A stretch of 63,740 nucleotides of DNA, counting the filler, from Craspedostauros australis (lineage: Eukaryota): assembly GCA_030167865.1 (NCBI GenBank). It is 11 parts of 11 records of this genome, joined end to end, with 100 filler letters (N's around TTAATTAATTAA, not from the genome) between each part and the next. Parts side by side here need not be neighbours in the genome. Positions count along the whole stretch, not along the records: positions 41,329 to 59,934 come from JALAGF010004234.1; 10 more parts are not named here. One strand, given 5' to 3'. Under the pieces are notes generated by a model, which searched no databases, was not told the origin of the DNA, and saw only the letters and a list, made by a program, of their open reading frames with translations. A program made the position numbers and the translations under genes. This document shows, in pieces, positions 42,378 to 53,914 of this stretch; the stretch's first letter is position 1, and every line of letters begins with the position of its first letter.

Positions 42378-45302
42378 TTTGTTGGATTGATTTGGTGTGG
42401 TTTGGTTTGGTTTGTGGTGTTGTGCGATTGAGCTGTTGTGGATTTGTGAGTTTGTGAGTTTATGGGTTTGTGAGATTCTGAGTTTGTGAGTTTGTGAGAT
42501 TGTGTGTTGTTGTGGATTGTGCTGTTGTGTTTTGCATTTATGAGGAGCAGAGCAACACAAGCCATCTCCCTCGGAAGGTCCTATCTGTCTCAGACTTTTT
42601 GTTCGCGGTTCGACGAAGACCTCCCACATACATGAGAACGAATCCGGAGTAATCATGTTGTCGAGAGCTGTTGCAATCTGTCGTCATCTGTCGCGATTTG
42701 TCACGGCAATGTGAGGCCGGACATGCTGAGTACCAGTGCGACTCTTTGGAACTGCCCATGTTTCACGTATGAATGGCTCTCCTCCTGTGAATCGCGCTCG
42801 GTTGGATTTATCTGTGCGATGCTGTGGTTGTGAATCAAGTTCATGGGCTTGCCTGTCAGCTGGGGAGAATTATTGGTAGAAGAAGCCCTTTCGACACAAC
42901 GAGCTCAAGATCGTTGGAGGATTTATTGGACTGGGAAGAAGTGGGCATAGGTACTGTGCTAGAATAGCATGTCTATCACATTCGTCCATGAATCGTTCCC
43001 AAAGGCGAAGCCAAACAATCTGTCATATTCTGCCATCCGGACCGACCATGAACAAATGATAGCGAACCACCGCGCACCACACAAAACACAGGAACGGGCG
43101 GAAGAAGGTGCCCACAACGACCACAGGATGACACAACGAAGATCGCAGCACCATCGCCCAAAACACAGAATTTCTGCACATTACTCTTCCACGCTTCCAG
43201 GGCCTCATCTTTCCCAGCAGTGCCGTCAGCCACAGCAAGGTACCTGACGAGAGCAGAAGAGTCAACTTGTTCTACATCCTAGTTGGACGCAGACCTCGTA
43301 GGTAAAACTCATATGCACATCCACTCTTCTTACATGCCGCAGTGCGTATGATGTTTGTGCACAGCAAAGCTATTGTAGATTGTCATACCATGGAGTACCA
43401 GCCTCATGGCTGACATCGCACCGCCATCGCAATGTGCAGATCCGCTTCGTTCCGCAGTTGTATTTCTCCGCAAGCATGCAGGGGGTGGACACCATGTGTG
43501 GTGCCACGTGACAAGTTCCAGACTGCGTCAAGGAGGTGTTGTGCTCCACGTCCACCATGTTCATCAATCTCTGAAGAACTGCGTCGTGATTCTGAAGAAG
43601 CTGACGCACCAGAGAAGCGAAAGGCCAGGAACCAAGCGCAACCAGATCCATTGTATCGCAGGTGCCCATATTCGTCTCGTGCAAAAGGAGCCGCGTCGAT
43701 GCCATGCTGACTCGCAGGTAGAGCATGTATAGTATGTGCTGCGTACGACAAGCACAAAGGCAGAACTTCTCCGTGGCGGCCAATCTCTTGGAACTGGTAC
43801 CAAGAACATCTGCAAACCGTTGGTCCGTGGCTTTTTGAGTCCATCCGCTCGCCTGGATCAGAACAATTCTGCGCAGATTGGACTTCGTCATCTGACAACG
43901 AGGTTCGCAGTGGTACACCAAGACTAGAGGGATGCCATTGCTCGCCGTCGATGTACGAGTACATGCTTCTACGTATGACTTGGTTCCATCCGAATGCATC
44001 GACACCATGGGCGCAGAACAGAGCAGAATGGAGTACCCGCCTCTACTATGGAGTACCTCCATCAGACTTCGGATGGGACAGGCACGGCCCAAAAACACTC
44101 CCAAGACGAGAGCGTCGGGCGAATCCTCCTTGGTGGCGTGTTTTGTGGAACAGCGTGCACGTACTAGTATTCAGCGCGGGCTATGCAGTGTGGGCAACGC
44201 GGCGCTTCTTCAAGTGAAGGAGGATGGAATTGCGTCCTGTCCGTGCAATGAGAAGAGATCTGGAGAACGGGAATGTGTGATGTCCTGGGGGGAAGCCGGT
44301 CACAACCAATCTGGGTGGCCAGAAAGAGAAGTTTCGCTTTGTCTTGATGATTGGAAACGTCGATTTCAAGTGATGCGTATCAGATATTTCACTGGACCCC
44401 CATGCAATTCGATTCAGGAGTTAGTGCAATGACAGAATAACAACTCGATTTTTCAACATCGAAATCGAATCATTGAATTCAACTGCAAAATAACTTCCTT
44501 TTTTCGCTGTTCTGCAACGTGCTGTTCTCAGTCCAACCGTCGCAGGAAGCGAACACGCACAGCCGCCGTCGGTTCTCGATGATGGACTGCGTCAGCCAAT
44601 GATTGACAGCAGACATGTCGCAGCATTTAAATAGACCCATCAATGCAGAAGCGTTCTCTCGTGAAACGCGGCCAATCAAAGCACCTCCGCACGCTCAGCA
44701 ATGTTCGCATTGTTCCTCTGTTGGAGCCATCAAAGTGACGGAACTGCTTCCACTTTTTCTCGTGAAACAGAGTTACGGCAACAAACGCGCACACAATTTC
44801 AACAACTTCAGCCAGATCTGTGAGTTCGGAAGCGTCTTTTATCAATGCAGATGATGTCGCAACTGCCTCGTTGCCCATCGCTCACCCATGGGCTCCAGTT
44901 CCACCCGCTTGTCTCTCTGTCTGTTTGACATGGAGCTTCTTCTGACATCGAGCTTCTTGGTTCGGATCCGTCGACGCTCATCTCTCTGTCGTGATTGCTT
45001 GACACCCTGGACGATGGCATCGCAACTGACGCGCGAGCTGCCTCTCTCTCTCTCTCTCTTCCTGATACGTTTCTCTCATCTCCACCCTCTTACACACAAA
45101 CGCGCACAAACTTGCATGACTTCCTCGCCTACATTCCGCTCACGCTGCCGAAACAGAGCCAATCAAAAGGTCCGCCAACCAACCCTGCACAAAGCCATCA
45201 GCGAAGCCACCAATCAACCTCATAAACAAGTCACCGCATACTTCTCTATCCAATTCAGAACACTTGCGCACACACTCTTAACTCCGCACAATCTATTCCA
45301 AC

Positions 45303-46616
45303 ATGATGTTTTCACGAGCCACAGCATCCTCCCTGCGACAACATTCGCGACGCCTCGCGCAACAGCACCAAAGTGCTGCCTTGCGTTGCGTGGCGAGTGT
45401 TTCGTCGTCTTCATCTCTCGGCACATTCAACACCAACCCGCACCATGCCAGCGAGTTATTCGTCGATAACAACACCATCGTAGACCAATGGTCCCGCACC
45501 ATGTCGTTCGCAGCTGCCGAGTCCGACTTCACTTCATCTGATCGCTTCGGCCCCGTGAATGACGGCAATACAGCTAAAGATGCGAATACCGCCATCTGGT
45601 CGCAAGCTCTTTCCTTCGCGTCTCCTGAAGCTGACTTCGTCGGCGAGATGGCCCGCGATGAGAGCCAACACGTGGCGCAAGGCGCGGAATGGAGCAGCAA
45701 TTTGTCCTTCGCGTCTCCCGAAGCCGACTTTGTCGGCGAAATAGCCCGCGACGAGAACCGGGGAACGCACGCATCGGAATGGAGCAACGAGCTGTCCTTC
45801 GCAAGCCCAGAGTCCGACTTCATCGGCCAGGCCGCACGTGATGAGAACCACGCCTCGCGCGCGTCCGAATGGAGCAACGACCTGTCCTTCGCGAGCGCCG
45901 AATCGGACTTCGTGTCGTCGCAGGCTCGCGACATCACTGAAGATGAAGCGGCTTGGTTCGAGAGGTTGCTCATGTCCAGCAGCAGCAGCATCAGCCAGGC
46001 TAGCAACGCTGCGACTGCATACAGCAACCATCACTGGAGGAACACCGACATGCAAGACGGCGAGGCAATCTTGGCATCGCCCGAATCGGCCCTTGGCCAT
46101 CACAGCCTGGCCGAGATGCTGAGCCCCGACATGGTGCAAGCGTACATGAAGTACCAACGCGACTCCAAGGCGTTGGTGGATCAGAACTTGGTCCACGTCC
46201 AGGTCGGGCAAGAGCACATGCCAAGGACCATCAGCGAAGCCTTGGAGGACCCAAGACCTATCGTCATCACATCCATGTCTGCGCCGTTTGTTGTATTCGA
46301 CGTCAACGATGCATGGACTGGTCTCTGCGGGTACTCCCGTGAGGAAGCGCTGGACCGAAGCCTGGGCGAACTTCTCCAAGGTCCCGAGACCGACTCCGAA
46401 GTGGCGCGCTCCATGGTCGGTCAGCTCAACGACACCAACTACTCGGAGGCGATCCTCACGAACTACACCAAAGCAGGACGCCCTTTCAAGAATCACATCC
46501 AGGTTGGCAAGCTGTCCACAAGCGATGGATCATCCGACTTCTTCGTGGGTGTGCTCTCTGACGTTGGCATGACGAATGCGCAGAATCAAAACGGCAATGC
46601 CCACCAATACGCTTAG
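45303..46616 (+). CDS. 437-aa protein: mitochondrial-type presequence, five WSxxLSFASPExDF repeats, C-terminal PAS (LOV-like, Cys-less) domain
   Basis: N-terminus MMFSRATASSLRQHSRRLAQQ is Arg/Ser/Ala-rich with no acidic residues. Repeats start at 45489, 45597, 45690, 45780 and 45870. PAS motifs: PIVIT...VNDAWTGLCGYSREEA...LLQGPETD...LTNYTKAGRPFKN...FVGVL. Confidence 0.9.
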   Translation: MMFSRATASSLRQHSRRLAQQHQSAALRCVASVSSSSSLGTFNTNPHHASELFVDNNTIVDQWSRTMSFAAAESDFTSSDRFGPVNDGNTAKDANTAIWSQALSFASPEADFVGEMARDESQHVAQGAEWSSNLSFASPEADFVGEIARDENRGTHASEWSNELSFASPESDFIGQAARDENHASRASEWSNDLSFASAESDFVSSQARDITEDEAAWFERLLMSSSSSISQASNAATAYSNHHWRNTDMQDGEAILASPESALGHHSLAEMLSPDMVQAYMKYQRDSKALVDQNLVHVQVGQEHMPRTISEALEDPRPIVITSMSAPFVVFDVNDAWTGLCGYSREEALDRSLGELLQGPETDSEVARSMVGQLNDTNYSEAILTNYTKAGRPFKNHIQVGKLSTSDGSSDFFVGVLSDVGMTNAQNQNGNAHQYA

Positions 46617-46909
46617 TGGAGGTGCCACCGCCGCACCTGTCACCAGTATGAACACATCACATTAAGGGCAACGTATTCACTGCAAATGCGCGTGCTATAG
46701 ACATACAATTGCTGAAGATTATGCTTTCCATTATACGACAACAGTTTGTTCGTAGCTTGTGGTGCGGATGTAGTTGTGGTTGTGGTTATGGTCATCACGG
46801 GTCTTTGTCCTCCCATTTGCGTTCGGGTCGTCGCACATGCGAGCGTTCGGTTTCACCATTTGTTGATGTTTTGGGCAGATGCGGACTCCTTCTGATTTTG
46901 CCTTCTGGA

Positions 46910-48253
46910 TTATGAGCTTGCCGTCGTTGTTGTCGCTTCCGTCTCCGAAGTTGTTGACACTGTGTCTTCATCCGCATCGGTTTCGCCATTACTGCTGCTG
47001 TTGCTGTTCCCCGACACCATGAAGGCTGGCGGATCCTTGAGCGCAGGCATGTTGGATTGAATGACTTCCAATTCCCGTCCGAAGTCTCTGGAAATCACGT
47101 CCGGAATTCTTACAATGTGATGCAGCGATTCCACGTCGTTGTCGTTGTCTTCGTTGGTTTCGTCCTCAGAAGTCGCTTCCGAGACAGTCTCGTTGCAAGA
47201 TTTATCATCAGCGATGCTCTCCTCCACAGCCGTTTGATTGCCATCAGGTATTGTGGGTGTATCTGTTTCAGATTCCATTGCTTGGGTTCCAGACGATATC
47301 TCTTTGACATCGTCATCGTCACTGCTATCGTCGTCAGCGTCTGTCACATCTTTGCTTGCTTCCTCCTTGCTGGCTTCCCCTGTGGTCAATTGATCTTCAC
47401 TTCCATCTTCGTTTGTGTCACTATCACCAGCGCTTTCAGTGGACGCTTGTTCGGACTCCGCGTCGTCAGTTACAGTGACTCTGTCGTCGTTTGCTTCCTC
47501 TTCTTTTTGTTCGCTCGAAGTGGATTCTTCCGCTGCACCCTCCTCAGATTCTGCCATTACGGCTGGTGCCGCTTCCTCGCTTTCGCTGCATTGCTTGGCT
47601 GTTTGCTCTGCGCCATCATCGGCAGCATCAACAGCATCGACAGGGGTTTGCTCTTTTGTGGTGGGTGTCACCCCCTGGAGTGCAACTTCTTCTTCTTCTT
47701 CTTCTCCCATTGTTGGCCCTGTTTCACCCAACGATTGTTGATCCACGACGGCAGGCGGCTCGGTGACTTCTTCTTCGTCGTCGTCATCATCCTGTTCTTC
47801 CTTGCCATCGTCTGTTAATATCGAAGTCTGCTCTTCAGCAGTCTTGTTGTCCTCGCCATCGCCATCGCCATCGGCTTTGGCATCAACGCTTTCGCCCTCC
47901 TCTTCGCCTTTTGATGGTTCTTCTGCGTCCTTGGCAACGGGCGGATCCTCAGGCTTGGATTCCTTCGGCGGGTCCATCCCGACAGTGAAATTCACCTCGA
48001 AGAGCTTCTGCGCGACGAAGCTGGACATCTTCCGAACCTGCTCCGATGATAGAGGCTCTTCAAACAGAACGTCATCGTCCTTGCGAGCACGTCGATCGAA
48101 TGCTCTATGTTGCAAGGCAGCAACGAGAGTATCAGTGCGTTGATGCGATATCGCAAATGGAACCTGCAGAAAGGCCTGCGTGAACGACGGGGCGAGCACC
48201 AACCCACCAATGACCGCCAATCGGGCGGCATGCAGATGGGATCCCGAAGGCAT
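46910..48253 (-). CDS. 447-aa acidic low-complexity protein with a probable bipartite plastid-targeting presequence
   Basis: ATG at 48253. Signal peptide LAVIGGLVLAPSFTQA followed by F (ASAFAP-type cleavage site) and a basic transit-like stretch. The rest is D/E-rich. Confidence 0.75.
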   Translation of the reverse strand: MPSGSHLHAARLAVIGGLVLAPSFTQAFLQVPFAISHQRTDTLVAALQHRAFDRRARKDDDVLFEEPLSSEQVRKMSSFVAQKLFEVNFTVGMDPPKESKPEDPPVAKDAEEPSKGEEEGESVDAKADGDGDGEDNKTAEEQTSILTDDGKEEQDDDDDEEEVTEPPAVVDQQSLGETGPTMGEEEEEEVALQGVTPTTKEQTPVDAVDAADDGAEQTAKQCSESEEAAPAVMAESEEGAAEESTSSEQKEEEANDDRVTVTDDAESEQASTESAGDSDTNEDGSEDQLTTGEASKEEASKDVTDADDDSSDDDDVKEISSGTQAMESETDTPTIPDGNQTAVEESIADDKSCNETVSEATSEDETNEDNDNDVESLHHIVRIPDVISRDFGRELEVIQSNMPALKDPPAFMVSGNSNSSSNGETDADEDTVSTTSETEATTTTASS

Positions 48254-48829
48254 TCTTCCTATTATATAGAAACGTGCTGTCTGTAACCATCTATCGTATT
48301 TTGTGGACGGCAAACTACAGTACTCTATGTACTATAGAATACTCTCTGGAGCAGAATGCTGCCCGTCTCTGCTACCGTGCTTGAACACTTGTGGAATGGT
48401 ATCGTTCGACTTCCGATGGCACCTGGTATCTGGATGGGTTTGACTGTTGTCTCCCTTTGCACTTGCGCACAGGTCCTACACTTCGAGTTCCGCTCAGGAC
48501 AAGGACATCAACAACAGATGGTGTCAGAGCGTTGACGTCGCGAAAAATTGTTGATGTCACAAAGATTCCAACGTCCATCCGTCTATCCGGTTGTGTGATG
48601 ACTGGGTGGAACATCAACCGCTATAACCGTCACAAATGGCGCCAAAAAGCAACATCGACGAAATACGACTAGTCGTAGACTTGGATAGACGACGCCGCCA
48701 TCGCAGACACGCTCACTCCATCCTAACATAATATTCAATAATGTCCAAGAATACTATTCATTTTTATCAGAAACGTTCATTTGCTCACAGGGATTCGATT
48801 CCTTGCTGCATACTCCCATACAGCGGCCA

Positions 48830-51800
48830 TCAGCCGACCGTTCCGCGTGGAATGATCTTGCGAAAAGACTTGGGACGAGTCAGCAGGCTGTCCTTTGGCG
48901 AATCGTCGCCACCTGACTGCGTCATCGGGGATGGCGGTGATGGAGGTGGGGATGCATGGCCGGGACGTGGAAGATACGGTCGTTGCACCATTGAGGAACC
49001 GTATCGGATCCTGCGCTTGCGTGGGATCGTGGGATCCGCCCAGTGCGTCTTGGAGGCCATGCTGCCGCCACCGTCGCAGTCGCCACACGACGAGTCATGC
49101 TCGTCGTTGGGAGTTAGCCAATGCTCCTTGCCCTGCAGGATGAGTTCGGTCGACGTCGTGGAAGACACATGGATCTTGCCGGGCATGCCAGTCTGTTCCA
49201 GGCCGTACGCGACCTTCATGGTCTCATCACAGACGTTGAGATCATCGGTCGAGAGGCAGCTGCTGGTCTTGAGCACGCCGCTGTGGATGCCCACGCGCAA
49301 GGACATGCCGGTGGCACCTCCCATGGATCCATCAAATGCATACGCGGTTTCGCCTTCTGTCATGATCTCAGAGACGCGGGCGATGGAGGCATTGGCGAAG
49401 GAGCAGAGGCGCGTGGCATTGTTGTTTTTGGTGCTTCGGTTGTGGTCGTTGCTGCTTGCGCTGTTGTTCGGTGGGGAACACAATGGTGGAGGCGGGAAGG
49501 TCGCCGGACCGGATGGCGGTTTGCTCGCGTTGGACTGAAAACCGTCGAAGGAAGTGAGGCCAGCAACAGCGATCAAGCTCCGATTGGACAAGTCCATGTG
49601 GAAACGAACATCTTCCATTCTGCGTTGCATGCCCCATCATGTTGTAGCAACGCCGTGGATGTGTTACGTCATGCAGCAACCATGATTGGAAGAAGTGAAG
49701 GGCGTGTGGCGACGGTAGGAACAGACGTGAGTCGACTTGTTGACACAGCGGATAAACGCTCACAACAGAACGAGTTCAGTCTCTGTTGGACACGTATCTT
49801 CGCCTTCAGCAACGCATGGTACTTACGATTGCGCAATGATCTGAATGTCATTCTGAATGCGTTCGACTAGCTCCAGTTGGTCCAGCATGTTGCATGAGAA
49901 CTGTGCAGGCATGGTGTGTGGAATCCAAAGAGAAGCAATGGGAGCGAGTGCATGGGAGATGAGTGAGGAGATTGTGCCTTTGACGTACATGTGTACCATA
50001 CCGTCTGGTGGAATCTATTGTAGATGCCTGATCAAAAGCAACGACTCTTCAAGCGCATTGTACAACACTTACTTCATTGAAGCCCGTCAGCTGTCCATGC
50101 AGGACCGAGCAATAGAACTTCTCGTTGCCGTCCGTCGCCTCCATGCATCGCTTGTCCGTCGCCCATTGATGCGCGTGCTTCTGGAATGCCACGGATGGCG
50201 GGATGGGATGCGGCGACTCGGAGCAAGTCGAAGTGGAGGCATCACGAGATGCATGCTTGCGACCAAAGATGATCGTCTGCTCTTCATCCGCAAAGAGGGT
50301 GTCGCACCGCTCTTCACCGGTACCGTACGGCACATCGTGCATGGGAGTCTTGTACACAGAATTGTACAAGGCGCGACGCAGCTTATATTGCAGCCGGGGT
50401 GGAAGCCAAGAGATGGTGCGTTCGATGACGTGGTGGTATCGGATGCGGTGGATGGCAGGATGTTGCGTGGCATCGGCGTTGGTATCGTACTGCTTTTCGT
50501 AGCGCAATCGTTCTTGCACCCAGCATTCGTGGACGATGCAGAAGAGGATGACGAAGACGGCCGTCAGGATGATGATGTTGCGGGTCATGGTGTACATGGT
50601 CATTGGGTTCATGTCGATCTCGGCAGTGTCACTGGTAATCTCCTTGCTCTTCTCGCTGCTGTCACCATCATCGGCGATGCTTCTGGATCTTGTTTGTGCA
50701 GTGCCTGTGGATCGATGTTCATTCTCAAAAGACATGCGAACATCGTACGTGCAGGACGTGGAGTCCGGCATTGCAGATGGATTTGGGTGGTCCGGTTGAA
50801 TGGTGATCTCGAAGGAAACATGTTCATGAAGGCGATCGACAGAGTTCCCTGCCTCCACTGTGGTCCATGTACCTGATGCGGGATCGCAAAGTGAAACACG
50901 TGATGCGGCATGAGTTTGATGATTCGTGGACACGATGCAGATTCGGATGCAAACGCAAATTCATGACGGACGATGCACTTAAGCAAGCCCACAGTACGAG
51001 AATGCTACGCTCTTACCATTCTTCACCTGAAATCGAAATCCCTGATCGCCGCAGCGCGTGTCATTCTGTGCCGGCGCGACCTCCACCATGATACTACCGC
51101 CGCTGCCATTCTGAAGCAACGGCAGAGTCGCGTTGCTCATTTCGTGGACGAGACTGCGAACGATGATCATGACCAAATCTGGAACGGAATGATACGACAT
51201 GACGAATCCAACGGCGTGCGACGGACCCGCGAGGCTCATGGAGTTGTCGGAGAAGATGGGATGCATCATTGCGAGATGGGGCACGCCGCTGTCGTCGTGA
51301 CCTTGCCACGTCGTGTCGTTGGATTGGTAGATGATGTCCTGCTTGTCTTGCCAGGACTCCTGTTGCGATTCGGAATGCGTGGCCGTGAGGTTGGGCAGCA
51401 CGGTCATGGGGCTCAGTACCGGGCCTGCCGCGGACGTCATGGCATGAATGGCAGTCGCGAATTCATGCTGCGACAGCAAGTCGTAGTTGACCATGGCCGG
51501 GAAGAGCGGAGCTGGTGCGATCTGCCAAATCGGAGCGAAGGTGGTGTTGGAAGGAGGGTCGAGTGACGTTGACGACGACGTGGGGTACGGCTCGGTGATG
51601 CCGGACGACTCGTTGAAGAAGAAGATGCTGGCCGGCACGGCAGCCAGCGGGAATAGGACGTCCGCGTTGCCTCCCTGCTCTCGCGCATGCTGGTACTGCA
51701 AGCCCTTTTGAATCCAGAATTGATTCCTGCGGGCGTAGAACTGCCATTCGGAACGTTCGTTGTCGGCGGCGGACGTATCGACGAAGGGAACGAAGGTGAC

Positions 51801-52825
51801 GAAGGACGGCGGGACGACCGTGGTCGGCAGGGCGAAGGAATCGGAGCCATCGAGAGCATCGTCATTGAGGATGTCCTGCGGATGCGGCTCGACGTGGATC
51901 AGATCGAGGATGTCCTGCGCGTCTTGTTCGAAGGTCGCCATCGTGACGAAGGGGAAGGTCGGCGGGTAGGAGGAAGACGAGGGGCCATCGTTCTGCTCCT
52001 GGATGATCTGCGAGTTCTCCCGCAAGAGGAGCTTGATGGCGAGGATCTTGAGTTCCGATTGGATGGAGTCCACGATGCTATTCGCCTGCAGCTGCAGGGC
52101 CCGTTGCAGCTCCGAGTGATCCTCGTCCGCATGGCCATCATCGATGGGAGGGTCGGTGCCGACGGGAATGCCAGGGATCCCACCGTTCGGCGCATCTCCA
52201 CCCATGTTGCCAACACCGTCTTGCTCGCGGTCCACGCTGTCGATGGGCTATGGAGGGTGGCATACAATGTGTTGCATACAGTTGGTAAAATGTGAGTGCG
52301 AGTGAGTGGGAAGACGAACGTGAGGCCATTGTTGACGCACTTTGTTGACGCAGACTCTGTTTGGCCATGCCCTCAAGCAAACGTCAATAGCATGGCACGT
52401 ACCGTGGAGTCCTCCTTGTCGTCGCCGTCCCCCATGATCATCATCATCATGGCCATGGCGCGTTGATCGTGACGGTACGTGATGACCTGCGTGAGGACGA
52501 CGACGATGAAGAGCAAGGCCACCACGAGGACCTTGGATCGGCGGATCAGCTGCCGGCGTTCCAAGTCGGCAAACACGAGATTGCCCTGGAATGGCGTGGC
52601 GCGCGAGTCGCTGTGGTTCGAGGACATGGAGACTTCGTCCAGCACGACGGACATGCCCGACGGCGAGTCGTTGGTTGCAGCGACGACGATGTCTTCTTGA
52701 TGCGAGGAAGAGCGTCCAGCGGAGTTCGGCGCAAAGCCGCGCGCGGCGGATCGGTTGCCCATGATGTCGGGGTCCTCGTCTTGCGCTGCGTCGTGGTTCA
52801 ACCAGCTGTCGGAGCTGTCGGACAT
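48830..52825 (-). CDS. Five-exon receptor-type pseudo-cyclase (TM, CHASE-like ectodomain, TM, degenerate class III cyclase), ~1105 aa
   Basis: Exons 52825-52403, 52247-51017, 50872-50073, 49900-49827 and 49619-48830. All four introns are GT-AG and phase-consistent (3318 nt in total). Ectodomain motifs TFPFVTM..FE, W..YA, FAPIWQIAP, VNYDLLS, HPIF. Cyclase remnants LRVGIHSG and GKIHVS. Confidence 0.85.
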
Positions 52826-53914
52826 GGTGGCGTTGGTCGGACTGTGATGGATCCTCTGCAGGTGGCAGCGAATTGCAGTTTATGACCAGTCGGCGGCAAA
52901 CTTGCGGACACAACATTGCGTTGCGTGGCACCAGCATGCGCGCGCAATCGCGGTACAGCGCTATTTCTGCGGGTTTCACGACCACCGCGGCATTCCATTC
53001 CATTCCTTTCATCCATTCTTGGTCGGTCGCACGCATGGATCGATGCTCTGCGTGAATCCGCCACGCCATTTTTTGGCATGCAACATCCACCACCACAACA
53101 ACGACAACGACAACGATGTCGACAACGATGTCGACGATGACCACCACCACATCGACTCTCTTTCTTGGTCTCCATTCCATTTTTGTCGTCCTTTCGGTTG
53201 TGCCACCGTTTTGGATTTTTGGTCTTCTTGATCCTTTTCTTGGTCGGTTCGCGCCATTTCTGACGTCCGAGTCGTGGATAATGGTAGCAGTCTTTTATGA
53301 CGTCATACACGTGACTTATTGCTTCTCAGACACGGTCATTGGGGAATGGTGTCGGAAGAAGCACGATGTGTAACGGACGGTCCGAAAACTGCAATTGCTA
53401 GCTGCTTCACAATCGAACAAAATTTGTCCTGGTTGACAAAACGAGTTTTACAAAACAACAAAGAGTGTCCTATTTCAAAATTGAGAGTGAATTGGCACAC
53501 AGGTTGCACTGACACAAACAATTGACGCTTGCGTTGACATTGCGACACGCCCAGTTGCAGAAAGCCTGTGTCATCGGCCCGACGAAGTCACGATCGGAGT
53601 GACAAATTCGTGGGGTTTTGCGGTTATTCCGTCCGAGAAGGGTCGATGGCGCTTTGGCGGAGATGGGGGTTTTGCGTCTCGGCACGGAAAACGAGATGAG
53701 CAATCCGGAAATGACCAATGTGAAGGAAGGGAACGCCCATCGCCACATCAGCGAGCGGCGTGAAGTCACAAACTGGAAAGAGCGCAGTGATCGAGAGACC
53801 CCCCGATGTCCGAAAAGAGGTACTCACAAACCAGCAGCAACACTAGCAACCATACCTGTGCTCGCACGCGAAAGTGTAGTCTAGAGCCATACCTGCTGCG
53901 ACCGCACCCATTGT

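Noticed and set aside
43370..44432. Overlapping 166-244 aa ORFs on both strands
   Set aside because: No consistent coding bias or motif; a degraded gene cannot be excluded.
44668..45170. Two GCCAATCAAA (CCAAT-like) motifs upstream of the PAS gene
   Set aside because: Too short to distinguish from chance without TSS or conservation data.
46230..46560. Aureochrome or LOV blue-light receptor
   Set aside because: No bZIP domain, and the photoactive Cys of GRNCRFLQ is absent.
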